Of a stretch of 58,873 bases of DNA, positions 41,777-49,969 are shown piece by piece. The position numbers and the translations under genes are program-made. Source of the DNA: a virus; the IMG/VR virus record IMGVR_UViG_3300023181_000006, positions 1-58,873 of that record. One strand, 5' to 3'. A model generated the notes under the pieces. That model was not told the origin of the DNA. It saw only the letters and a list, made by a program, of their open reading frames with translations, and ran no database searches. Position 1 is the stretch's first letter, and every line of letters starts with the position of its first letter.

Positions 41777-42685
41777 CTAGCCGGCGCTCTGCTCCACAGT
41801 GGTGATGGTGAAGGTTCCGGCTTGGCTGCACAGGATAAAACTGGCGCCGGCTGGCAAGCTGATCGGCACTGGGTTGGTGCTGTTCTGCGTCAGCAGCACG
41901 CCCAGCGCTACGGTCAGCGATTGCGTGTAGTACACGGTGCCGGTCGAGCACGTCAGCGTGCCAGTACCCATGCGTACCTGAATCGTGCACGCGCTCGATG
42001 CCAGCACTTGCGTGGCGTTCTGGCATGCGTAGCTCGGCACGATCACGGCGGCCTTGGTGTTGTCGAGCGCCTGGTAGCTGGTGCTCACGGCCAGCGTGCG
42101 CGCGGTCGGCTGGCTGAAGTTGAACGCGGATCCGGCTGGCGTCGGGATATTGAGCGCACCGGTCCCGCTATTGTAAGTCGCCGCGCCGCTGCCGGTTGTG
42201 GTCAATGTGGTAGCGGGCGGAATGGTAGGCTTGTTTGCAATCGACGTCACGCCAGATGCCGCCAGCCAGTCGCTTTGCTGTTGCGCGGCCGGGATAGTGG
42301 GCTTATTCAGAACCTGCGCTACACCACTCACCGCAGCCCAGTCGGCATTGACCTGTGATGCTGGGATGCTCGGCTTGTTGAGCACTTGCGCAAGGCCCGA
42401 CGTGGCGTTCCAGTCTGCATTGACAGGCGGGTTGACCAGCGCGATCACACCAGCGTTATACGACAGGCCGGTGCCGAGACTCGCCATGTCGGGTAGCGGG
42501 TTCGGGCTGATGTAGCCGTTGGAAATGATGAACTTGACCGCATCCGGACTGGCCGGCGTCAACCAGCGCGTGTTCGTCGCCAGGTTATCAGAGCGACGGT
42601 ACAGGATGCCGGTGTCGAACGCGTCCTGCGCCAAAGCCGGGGCCAATGCCGCGATGCACAACATAGCGCCAATCAACTTTTTCAT
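41777..42685 (-). CDS. exported protein with a Sec signal peptide and three tail-fibre-type repeats
   Basis: 302 aa from MKKLIGAMLCIAALAPALA|QD. Repeats are NADWNATSGLAQVLNKPSIP, NADWAAVSGVAQVLNKPTIP and QSDWLAASGVTSIANKPTIP. Confidence 0.7.
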   Translation of the reverse strand: MKKLIGAMLCIAALAPALAQDAFDTGILYRRSDNLATNTRWLTPASPDAVKFIISNGYISPNPLPDMASLGTGLSYNAGVIALVNPPVNADWNATSGLAQVLNKPSIPASQVNADWAAVSGVAQVLNKPTIPAAQQQSDWLAASGVTSIANKPTIPPATTLTTTGSGAATYNSGTGALNIPTPAGSAFNFSQPTARTLAVSTSYQALDNTKAAVIVPSYACQNATQVLASSACTIQVRMGTGTLTCSTGTVYYTQSLTVALGVLLTQNSTNPVPISLPAGASFILCSQAGTFTITTVEQSAG

Positions 42686-43035
42686 ATCGTCACCTGCATC
42701 CATGTGTTATCGGCTACTTTGCGCATCACAATGTTCGAACCGATGGTGAGAGAAGTCGGCGCAATAACTGTGCCGCCGCTGGGATTTGTTACCGTAAGCA
42801 ACGTCACGGCCTTGCTGCTGGCGATCAGACGCTCTTGCCCGATCTTGCTGTTGGCATTCGACGGCAGAGTCACCGTCAACGCCGCAAGCGGCCCGGCGGC
42901 ATTCAAGTACAGGATGCCGTTCTTGTCGTTGTCCGTCATTGCCACGTTCTGACCGGTGGTAGGCGCCGCCGACTGGTCCGCGCGATTCGCTGAGTCGTTC
43001 GGGCTATACGACGATCCGTCGTTAGGCCACGTCAT
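42682..43035 (-). CDS. hypothetical protein (117 aa)
   Basis: ATGA-coupled at both ends within the SGNH unit. Confidence 0.55.
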   Translation of the reverse strand: MTWPNDGSSYSPNDSANRADQSAAPTTGQNVAMTDNDKNGILYLNAAGPLAALTVTLPSNANSKIGQERLIASSKAVTLLTVTNPSGGTVIAPTSLTIGSNIVMRKVADNTWMQVTI

Positions 43036-43295
43036 AATGCGCTGTACTGCTCACCGACTAGGCCGGTAATGCGGTACACCTTGATCGGGGATTTGACGCT
43101 GACGCTAATCATGTTCGCCGTGGTGGCGTCATAGGTCGGCGTGAAGAAGTTGACGCCATCGTTGCTTAGTTCGATGGCGCGGCCACCGGCGGCGCTCGTC
43201 AGCGTCAGCGTGGCCGGCAACTGCAGTTCATTGCCAGATAGGACTTTCACCCCGCTGGCCGGCAAGTTGCCGTATCGTGTGTTGTTATATGTCAT
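43032..43295 (-). CDS. hypothetical protein (87 aa)
   Basis: Coupled ORF within the SGNH unit. Confidence 0.55.
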   Translation of the reverse strand: MTYNNTRYGNLPASGVKVLSGNELQLPATLTLTSAAGGRAIELSNDGVNFFTPTYDATTANMISVSVKSPIKVYRITGLVGEQYSAL

Positions 43296-43327
43296 GGTTG
43301 TACTCCATGGTTGACGTGAATTTTTAT

Positions 43328-44848
43328 CTATGCTGACGCAAGCAGATTAGCCAGCGGAACGGCCTTGCTTTGATAACCTACGTCCGTTGGGTGCAGGCTG
43401 TCGGACATCAGGCCGTTGGCGTTGGCCGTAGCAAATGACCCCATTTCAGAGTTCAGGTCGAGCAGATATATGTTGTTGACTAGCGCATAGTTGATGATGG
43501 CCGCGTTGTAGGCGTCGACCGTCGATTGGGTGACGTTGATGCTGTTCGGCGTGCAAATGATGACGTCAGCGCCGGATGCCTTGGCAGCAAGGACTGCATT
43601 GTCGAGTGCCGTAAGGTAATCTGGAAGTGCAGCTATACCGCCAATGTTTTCATCATTGATAGCCATGTCGATCACAACAAGATCATAAAGATCAGACAGG
43701 AACGCGGCGGCGAAACTGGAAATTGCAAATTCTTGCGACAGGCGCAGGCCATATTCCCCCAGCCCGATCAGGTTGATGGCGGGTACTGTGGAATCGTACA
43801 ACCAGGCGCCACGGAATACTAACGCACCGGTGTTGGGGGATCCTGTTACGCCACCTATGCGCAGTGATTCCGTGCCTTTGACTTTGGTAATGACTTTGGT
43901 GGCGAACGATGATTTGCTGATGTTGGTCGCACTGACCGATGCCCCACCGATGATACCTGTTGTACTAGCGCCGCCGTCGATACTTAAGGAAGCCGCGCCG
44001 ACTGCGCAATTGACGAAATGGATACGAGCAGTATCCCACGGCTGATTTGGTGTTAATGTTATTGAATCAGTTGCGGCTGGAAGGCGGAAGTAGATACCAC
44101 CCAAGGAACGGTACGATCCATCTGGAAACATTGCACTGGTTCCGACGAACGAGAAGGTAACGCGCGGATCGTACGAGGGGTATGCTAAATTCCCCAACGT
44201 ACCGCTCACAAACTGGTCACCCATGAAGCTGTCGTCAACACAACGGACTCCCTTAGTATTGACAATCGATTTTACAGCCGACACGATATTTTTCTGACGT
44301 GCATTCACCAACAGAGTTATTCCGCTCGTTCCTGCGCCTGCTCCGGTGGTAGTGGAGTCACCCACCATACCTACGCGCAACTGGCCGTCAATACCATTGG
44401 TTCCGGTGGTTTTCCCGGCTCGGATCTTCGCCAGCTTGGCGGTTGTTTTAGGAAGTTGGCTGCGGGAATTCCCGCTCAAGGAGTATTTGGCGCCATTGGA
44501 GCCAACAATCTGATTGGGAATTGCACCTGCCAATAGTGAATTCAACACTGCTGCTCCAACTGTCACATCGATCGCACCAGTTGATGGAGTGATTGCTATT
44601 TTTCGGCGCCCAGGAAATGGCCCTACTATCAAAGAAGACCCCTGCGCCAAACTATAGCTTTGCAAGCCAGCTGGACTATTTACGGTCCCGGTACTCAGCG
44701 CAGCGGCCCCCTTTATGGTGATCGCATCGCCCTCGGCGAGCATGCGCGATGTCGCTTTGCCCGGTTGAATGCCGATAAGCGAAGGATCGGACGGGAACGG
44801 CATCCCCAACTGCTCCATGTTCTTCTTGAAACTCATCAGGTCGCTCAT
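43328..44848 (-). CDS. SGNH/GDSL-hydrolase domain protein, probable tail spike esterase (polysaccharide deacetylase type)
   Basis: 506 aa. Block I is VGMVGDSTTTG and block V is DSLHPT. Its N-terminal 170 aa form a non-catalytic region. Confidence 0.7.
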   Translation of the reverse strand: MSDLMSFKKNMEQLGMPFPSDPSLIGIQPGKATSRMLAEGDAITIKGAAALSTGTVNSPAGLQSYSLAQGSSLIVGPFPGRRKIAITPSTGAIDVTVGAAVLNSLLAGAIPNQIVGSNGAKYSLSGNSRSQLPKTTAKLAKIRAGKTTGTNGIDGQLRVGMVGDSTTTGAGAGTSGITLLVNARQKNIVSAVKSIVNTKGVRCVDDSFMGDQFVSGTLGNLAYPSYDPRVTFSFVGTSAMFPDGSYRSLGGIYFRLPAATDSITLTPNQPWDTARIHFVNCAVGAASLSIDGGASTTGIIGGASVSATNISKSSFATKVITKVKGTESLRIGGVTGSPNTGALVFRGAWLYDSTVPAINLIGLGEYGLRLSQEFAISSFAAAFLSDLYDLVVIDMAINDENIGGIAALPDYLTALDNAVLAAKASGADVIICTPNSINVTQSTVDAYNAAIINYALVNNIYLLDLNSEMGSFATANANGLMSDSLHPTDVGYQSKAVPLANLLASA

Positions 44849-44876
44849 CGTGCAATCTCCTATTAGGTTGCATAGG

Positions 44877-44882
44877 ATTATA
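44877..44882 (-). promoter_or_regulatory. Consensus -10 box (TATAAT on the - strand) upstream of the SGNH unit
   Basis: GGCGGTATAATCC lies about 29 nt upstream of ATG 44848. No good -35 was found. Confidence 0.4.
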
Positions 44883-44976
44883 CCGCCAATGCCTAGCAGA
44901 AATTTACCTTCAAGTCATCTTCTTTTTGTTTAAATAAAGTCAATCATGCATGTCGTTGCTTTTTTGGCGTTGCGTA

Positions 44977-45005
44977 TTTACATCGGCAGAGCATTGATTT
45001 ATATT
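44977..45005 (+). promoter_or_regulatory. Sigma70-type promoter for the + strand island
   Basis: TTTACA (44977..44982), a 17-nt spacer, then TATATT (45000..45005). It lies 41 nt upstream of ATG 45047 in an AT-rich divergent region. Confidence 0.5.
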
Positions 45006-45046
45006 AAACGTATGCGGCGCATGGGCGCTAAACACAGGAGAAGGTC

Positions 45047-45220
45047 ATGGAAATCAAGACCCTGATCGCGTTCATCGAGGCGCACGGCAACAAGGTCATC
45101 TTAGCAACCGATACCGAAATCACCGCCGAGTGCGACTACACCAAAGACGGCGTACTTTTCACGGTCCCGGAAACTTTCCCGGCCACGTTTCAGGCCGCGC
45201 GCAACTGGCTGGGGTACTGA
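45047..45220 (+). CDS. hypothetical protein (57 aa)
   Basis: Read by eye: MEIKTLIAFIEAHGNKVILATDTEITAECDYTKDGVLFTVPETFPATFQAARNWLGY. AGGAGAAGG SD is present. Confidence 0.55.
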   Translation: MEIKTLIAFIEAHGNKVILATDTEITAECDYTKDGVLFTVPETFPATFQAARNWLGY

Positions 45221-45221
45221 T

Positions 45222-45383
45222 ATGAAGCCACTGTCGAAACACCAGCAAGCCACGCTGGCGAAGAATCGCGGCCACTCGGTGGAGGCTGGGCTGGCTGCGC
45301 TGAACGCTCGCGGAAAGATTCTGCCGGCCAAGAAGTCGCTGCTGGTCCAAGCAATCGCCGCTGCGATGGACAAGGCCCGCTAA
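45222..45383 (+). CDS. hypothetical basic protein (53 aa)
   Basis: Read by eye: MKPLSKHQQATLAKNRGHSVEAGLAALNARGKILPAKKSLLVQAIAAAMDKAR. It starts 1 nt after the upstream stop. Confidence 0.5.
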   Translation: MKPLSKHQQATLAKNRGHSVEAGLAALNARGKILPAKKSLLVQAIAAAMDKAR

Positions 45384-45408
45384 TATTTACTAACCGCTGG
45401 AGAATTGA

Positions 45409-45642
45409 ATGTACGAAAACAATATCAACCGCCTGTTCGACCGTGTGATCGCTGAAAAGGGGTTGCCGAGCGACGCCGCCCTTTCCCGCTTGCTGGAGGT
45501 CACGCCGTCCGTCATCTGCCGGATGCGCAGTCACAAGATCCTGCCTGGCGCATCGATCATCCTCGCGCTGGTCGAGCGGGGAGATATCCCACTGGCGGAT
45601 GTTCGGGCGGCGATCCCGCGTAAAGGCGATGTCCGTGAATAA
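45409..45642 (+). CDS. HTH DNA-binding protein (77 aa), paralogue-like of 55500..55739
   Basis: SDAALSRLLEVTPSVICRMRSHKILPGASIILALVERGDI has the same layout as SDSELAAFIGTTASVVSEIRHGKRLVNDQLLVRICLASNL. Confidence 0.6.
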   Translation: MYENNINRLFDRVIAEKGLPSDAALSRLLEVTPSVICRMRSHKILPGASIILALVERGDIPLADVRAAIPRKGDVRE

Positions 45643-45819
45643 CGACCTGCCTATAGTCGGCCCGAACGTGCTGCCGCCTCTGGACGAGTTCCGCGTGCGC
45701 GTGGTCCCGGTCCCGGCGCCGACGAAGCCATCCCCGGCTTGACCGGGCAGCAAGAAGGCGCGGATCGTAGTCGGCCGCCGGCGGTGCCACCCGCCACCAT
45801 CAACCACAAGGAGAGCACA

Positions 45820-46458
45820 ATGTTTCAATCCACCTATCGCAAGCTGTGGAACCCGGCGCCGCTGAAATTCCCCGCATTCACCGGCGAGCGCATCATGATG
45901 ATGCCGGTCAAGCTCGGCTCGCTGCTGGGAGTGCCTGAGAACTATCACGGCATCGTCGGCGCGCTGCACCAGATGATCGAGGTTCGCCACATCGGCGAGA
46001 TTGGCTACCTCACCATCGATGAACAAAACCTAATGGCTGGCGACACGCTGCGCCGCTCTGGTCTGCACGTTGATGGCTACTATCAAGGCCGTTGCGGCGC
46101 TTGGGGAGGCGGTGGCGGCTGGGGATCGGTTGGAAACGGCATGCTGACCGTTTCCAGTACCGCGCATTGCCGCGCATATCTCGGCAGCGTGGACGGCGTG
46201 CCAGGTCCGGAAGGTGAGTGCGGCCACCTCGCCATGCCAAACGAAGGCGAACTATTCGCCCCCGGTGAGGTGTACTGGCTGGACGGCGCTTGCGTTCATG
46301 AGTCGGTCCCGGTCAGCGAAAACATGCGCCGCCAGTTCGTTCGCCTATCCATGCCAAGCAACGGCCCTTGGTTCGAAGGCTACACACCGAATCCTTACGG
46401 CATCATGCCATCGAACGAAATCCTCCCAGCACGTACCGACTTCATGGGCACAGCATAA
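45820..46458 (+). CDS. putative Fe(II)/2-oxoglutarate-dioxygenase-like (cupin/DSBH) protein
   Basis: 212 aa from ATG 45820 (AAGGAGAG SD). It shows an HxD...H...RxS arrangement: RRSGLHVDGYY, WLDGACVHESVP and RRQFVRLSMP. This is motif-level evidence only. Confidence 0.45.
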   Translation: MFQSTYRKLWNPAPLKFPAFTGERIMMMPVKLGSLLGVPENYHGIVGALHQMIEVRHIGEIGYLTIDEQNLMAGDTLRRSGLHVDGYYQGRCGAWGGGGGWGSVGNGMLTVSSTAHCRAYLGSVDGVPGPEGECGHLAMPNEGELFAPGEVYWLDGACVHESVPVSENMRRQFVRLSMPSNGPWFEGYTPNPYGIMPSNEILPARTDFMGTA

Positions 46459-46494
46459 AGCTAGAAATCAGCGCAGAAGATGGCTGCGCCGGAT

Positions 46495-46536
46495 GAAAAA
46501 AGCCCGACATTCTCGCGAGTGTCGGGCTTTCTCTTT
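46495..46536. terminator. Bidirectional rho-independent terminator between convergent genes
   Basis: A GAAAAA run, then AGCCCGACA (46501..46509) pairing with TGTCGGGCT (46520..46528), then TTCTCTTT. Confidence 0.75.
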
Positions 46537-46547
46537 GTGGCGGCGGA

Positions 46548-46697
46548 TTAATCTTTGCGCATTGGCCGCAAGTCGCTGGAGCCTTCCAGCACCACGGAGG
46601 CGCGCTTTTCTGGCGACAGCTTGGCCCATTCCTTCTTGGCGTCGCGGATCTGCTGGCCGAGGGTGCTTGGCTTGGGATTCTTCTTTGGCTTGCTCAT
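46548..46697 (-). CDS. small basic protein (49 aa), last gene of the leftward operon
   Basis: ATG 46697 has an AAAGGAAAG SD and an ATGA overlap with the upstream stop. Confidence 0.5.
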   Translation of the reverse strand: MSKPKKNPKPSTLGQQIRDAKKEWAKLSPEKRASVVLEGSSDLRPMRKD

Positions 46698-47038
46698 GGC
46701 TTTCCTTTCTGGCGGTCCAGTTTCGGCGGCGTGCAGCAAGTCTCACAGTATGCCGCGCAAGCCTGGGCGCCCCGCAAGCCCGCCTGTTTCACCCAGCGCT
46801 TGCCGACCTTGATAAACCCTCGGTCTAGCGCAACGATCACGGGCAAAAGCTTGCCGCCGACGTCCTCATAATAGGCGTCGCGGCCATCTGCATAGATGAT
46901 GTGGACGTACTGCGGCAACGCCTCGATCATCAGCGCATCGCTGGTGCTGAACGCTGCCCCGTTGCTGTCGGTGAAGGTCTGCGCGTCGGATGGCGCTGCG
47001 AGGGCAAACAGCGCCGCTATGAGGATGGGCTTAAACAT
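46694..47038 (-). CDS. exported protein with a signal peptide and a Cys-rich C-terminus (114 aa)
   Basis: Signal peptide MFKPILIAALFALAAPSDA|Q. The C-terminus reads ACAAYCETCCTPP. Confidence 0.6.
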   Translation of the reverse strand: MFKPILIAALFALAAPSDAQTFTDSNGAAFSTSDALMIEALPQYVHIIYADGRDAYYEDVGGKLLPVIVALDRGFIKVGKRWVKQAGLRGAQACAAYCETCCTPPKLDRQKGKP

Positions 47039-47225
47039 GGTCGCCGCCTGTCTCGTAGTATTTCGCCATCAGGCTGATTATCCGCCGGCGCTCCACCAGA
47101 TAATCCGTCATCGCCTTGGCTTTCTCAGTGTCAGTTTTGCATTTGTTATATGCAATAACGTAGCATGCACACCAGAGAAGCTCCACTCCGATTCTCCTGA
47201 TTACCCGTTTGAGGAATAATTTCAT
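47031..47225 (-). CDS. hypothetical protein (64 aa)
   Basis: Coupled ORF. Confidence 0.45.
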   Translation of the reverse strand: MKLFLKRVIRRIGVELLWCACYVIAYNKCKTDTEKAKAMTDYLVERRRIISLMAKYYETGGDHV

Positions 47226-47677
47226 GCTGCACCCGGCGCTTTCTCGCCCTGCTGCGCGGCCATGGCGGCGAGGATGGCGCGGGCGAAAGCCACTACCTCC
47301 GGCACGTCACGCTCACGCAGGGTTTGGCCCGTCGTCTTGTAGTAGACGTGCGAAATCTCTGAGTCACTCAGCGCCGCATCGCGCTCGATGTGCGGCACGC
47401 CAGCGGCAGGGACGAACAGCTCGGATTCCAAATACTTGCGCAAGTCGGCCGAGATATTCCAGCCCTCGCACACGCTGGCGATCACACTGCGATAGTGCCC
47501 ATCCAACGCCACTGGCGCTCTCTCTGCCTGCGATGCGAGGGCGGATTCCAAGTCAGCGATATACGATAGCATGTGCTTCGTGCCGACTATGCTTAGCTCA
47601 TCATCCGACAGGTTCGGCGCAACGCTAGGGTGCAGGCTTTCGCGGGTCCGCTCCTGCCAAGTTTTAATCGTTTGCAT
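47222..47677 (-). CDS. hypothetical protein (151 aa)
   Basis: ATG 47677 has an AAGGAGG SD, 1 nt after the upstream stop. The ORF track's longer version overlaps the upstream gene. Confidence 0.6.
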   Translation of the reverse strand: MQTIKTWQERTRESLHPSVAPNLSDDELSIVGTKHMLSYIADLESALASQAERAPVALDGHYRSVIASVCEGWNISADLRKYLESELFVPAAGVPHIERDAALSDSEISHVYYKTTGQTLRERDVPEVVAFARAILAAMAAQQGEKAPGAA

Positions 47678-47678
47678 G

Positions 47679-49283
47679 TCAGCCTCCTTGGTTGTTGAGG
47701 GCGCGAATGGCGAAGAGAGCATCTGTTTGGCCCGACTCCCAGCCATCAAACATAAGCGGGTCATCTGCGTCATGGCGCTCCACGCCCTGAGGATTGACCA
47801 GCACAGATACTCCTTTCGCCGCCAGTTCGATACCGGCAGCGCGGCCTTGCTGGTAGAAGTCGCGCATCTGGTTTGCGTGATAGCCGTAGACGCGGCCAAA
47901 GAAGCCTTGCGGGCGCCTGAACTGGATTTCGCCCATCGGCTCAGGCAACGACGGCAATACACCCTGCGCGGCAGCGGCTACAGGGGCGGCCTTCAAGCGA
48001 TACTCCACGCGCTCCAGCAGCGACATCATGTGCAGGCCGGTGTCCATGTTCTGCGGCGTGGTTTTCCAATCGACGACTGCGTTTAGCAGCGCGTCCAGGT
48101 CGGGATCGTCCACGGTGAATTCCGGGCCGTCATCGTTGGCTATAGGCGCGGGCTGGCGAGCTGCGAGGACGGCGCTGGCGCAAGGCAGCGCTTGCTCTGC
48201 AAGTTCCTTGGTGTCGATGTGCCGAACGGGCTGCTCTGCGATTTGCTCCAGCCGAGCGATAACGAGTTCAAGATTTTGGCGCTGCGCATCGCTGGACGCC
48301 GCTTGCGCATCCTCAACCAGATTGGAGCGTGGCATGTCACGGCAATCTATGGTTGGCAGGTGTGCGTGCATGAACGCCGCCGCCGAATCATCATCCTTGA
48401 AGCGCAGCGTCAGCACGCCGTCATCCTCGTTGGTGATCGAGCCTGGGCCAGCAACCTTGACTGGCTGCGCCGTTTGCGCATGCCCGGTTACGCGGGATTT
48501 TGCAGCTTTCTGCGCGCTATGGTCTGCCATCCCCTTGCGAACAGCATCCAGCGTTGCCCGATACTCTTCGTCGCTATTCCAAGCGTCGTCTTCATCGTTG
48601 CCGGTGCCTTGCCACGTAATCAATCCGTTGCCGCTCATGTACAGCAGCACTTGAACGATCTGCTCAGCCGCTTGCGCATGCTGCCGCACCTCATTCCCCT
48701 CCAGCACCCCGCCCATGATCGCCGCTTCGATGCCGAGGTCGCGGGCTGGCGCTTGCTGCTGCGGGGCGGCGAATTCGCGGTCGTGGATTTTCTTCGCGCC
48801 CAAATTCGCCTGCATTTCAGTAAAATCACTTCGACTTGCTGCTATGAATACGCCTTTCGGGTAATGAGTAAAACACTTCATAACGCCCCCCTTGCCTACC
48901 TGCCGGACAAGTTCAGACTGGGAGTCGACATATTGCAGCGTGTCCAGATTCATATACCGGTAGTTTATCGCTCCACTGTACGGCAGCGCCTCGCCCTCGC
49001 TCGTTTCCAGCGACTCCACGGAGGTCACCGCAGCGCCGGCCGCAGCTTGCACCACATGCAGGTTGCCGAGTGCGACTATCTCGGCTTCCTGCTTGCGGGT
49101 CAACTCTGCCCAATCCAATACTACGGCAGGATTCAACGCGGCGATAAATGCCGAATCCTCCGCACTCATCATTTTGCAGATGCGGTCACATTCGCCGAAT
49201 GTTTGATAAACCTCGTGGGCGCCATTAATCCAAGGCCCCGGCATTGCCGCGCGTGCTAGTGCTTCCAATTTATCCAGATCCAT
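47679..49283 (-). CDS. Ead/Ea22-like family protein (534 aa)
   Basis: The N-terminal LEALARAAMPGPW motif is typical of Ead/Ea22-like proteins (my recollection). Confidence 0.6.
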   Translation of the reverse strand: MDLDKLEALARAAMPGPWINGAHEVYQTFGECDRICKMMSAEDSAFIAALNPAVVLDWAELTRKQEAEIVALGNLHVVQAAAGAAVTSVESLETSEGEALPYSGAINYRYMNLDTLQYVDSQSELVRQVGKGGVMKCFTHYPKGVFIAASRSDFTEMQANLGAKKIHDREFAAPQQQAPARDLGIEAAIMGGVLEGNEVRQHAQAAEQIVQVLLYMSGNGLITWQGTGNDEDDAWNSDEEYRATLDAVRKGMADHSAQKAAKSRVTGHAQTAQPVKVAGPGSITNEDDGVLTLRFKDDDSAAAFMHAHLPTIDCRDMPRSNLVEDAQAASSDAQRQNLELVIARLEQIAEQPVRHIDTKELAEQALPCASAVLAARQPAPIANDDGPEFTVDDPDLDALLNAVVDWKTTPQNMDTGLHMMSLLERVEYRLKAAPVAAAAQGVLPSLPEPMGEIQFRRPQGFFGRVYGYHANQMRDFYQQGRAAGIELAAKGVSVLVNPQGVERHDADDPLMFDGWESGQTDALFAIRALNNQGG

Positions 49284-49450
49284 TACTTCGCTCCCTGTGG
49301 TTTAGCGCCGGCCAGCGCGCGGTAGGCTTCCTGCGTCATCACATGCGGCACGGCGAACGTCAGCGTGTCGGCGGATTCCTTCTGCGGCTTGGTCAGAATG
49401 CCGCGCGAGTGGGCAATGAGCGCGTCGGCTATAGCAGCGGAATTGGTCAT
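49283..49450 (-). CDS. hypothetical protein (55 aa)
   Basis: Read by eye: MTNSAAIADALIAHSRGILTKPQKESADTLTFAVPHVMTQEAYRALAGAKPQGAK. ATGA overlap upstream and TAATG overlap downstream. Confidence 0.5.
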   Translation of the reverse strand: MTNSAAIADALIAHSRGILTKPQKESADTLTFAVPHVMTQEAYRALAGAKPQGAK

Positions 49451-49752
49451 GCTGGCGCTCCTGTTGCTTTTGCGATTGCAGCGACAGCATCTTTTTGCTG
49501 CTGGATATGGTCACGCTCCCAGCCTTGAACGTCGCAGACCATATTCCATGCGCCAAGCATTCCTTCAAGCGCAGCTAGCAGCTCAGGAGCAGATGCCATC
49601 AACTTTGCATTTGCAATCCTATTTACGCCTTTTGAATCGCCCTTCAATTGGAACGATTGGCCGATAGGATTCCCATCGGAGTCATCGATTCCGCCTATTG
49701 ACTGATCAATAGTCCGATATTGCCATGGTCCTAGTGTATGTCGAGTAGTCAT
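49447..49752 (-). CDS. hypothetical protein (101 aa), GPW / Ea22-like motifs
   Basis: Contains LGPWQY... and NAKLMASAPELLAALEGML. Confidence 0.55.
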   Translation of the reverse strand: MTTRHTLGPWQYRTIDQSIGGIDDSDGNPIGQSFQLKGDSKGVNRIANAKLMASAPELLAALEGMLGAWNMVCDVQGWERDHIQQQKDAVAAIAKATGAPA

Positions 49753-49961
49753 TTCATTTCCCCTTGTTCGATTAATTCAAGCTGCCGAGCGTCGACAGGC
49801 TTTAGTACGTAGATCAGATTGGAATACTCACAATCTGGTAAATTGGCGAGCCGAGCAACACGCGCAACCTCGTGGCAGACGCTTGAATGCTCGTGCTCCC
49901 AAATACAACCCCGGCAAGACTTGCCCGGTGCCGTGGTCACTTGTGTGTCGGCTGGTCGCAT
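49749..49961 (-). CDS. hypothetical Cys-containing protein (70 aa)
   Basis: ATGA-coupled ORF. Confidence 0.5.
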   Translation of the reverse strand: MRPADTQVTTAPGKSCRGCIWEHEHSSVCHEVARVARLANLPDCEYSNLIYVLKPVDARQLELIEQGEMK

Positions 49962-49969
49962 GGCTATTA

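Noticed and set aside
45635-45742. 35-aa GTG-initiated ORF (VNNDLPIVGPNVLPPLDEFRVRVVPVPAPTKPSPA) in the 178-nt gap of the + strand island
   Set aside because: It has no clear SD, is very short and is Pro-rich. It is not listed as a feature but is mentioned because the gap is otherwise unexplained.
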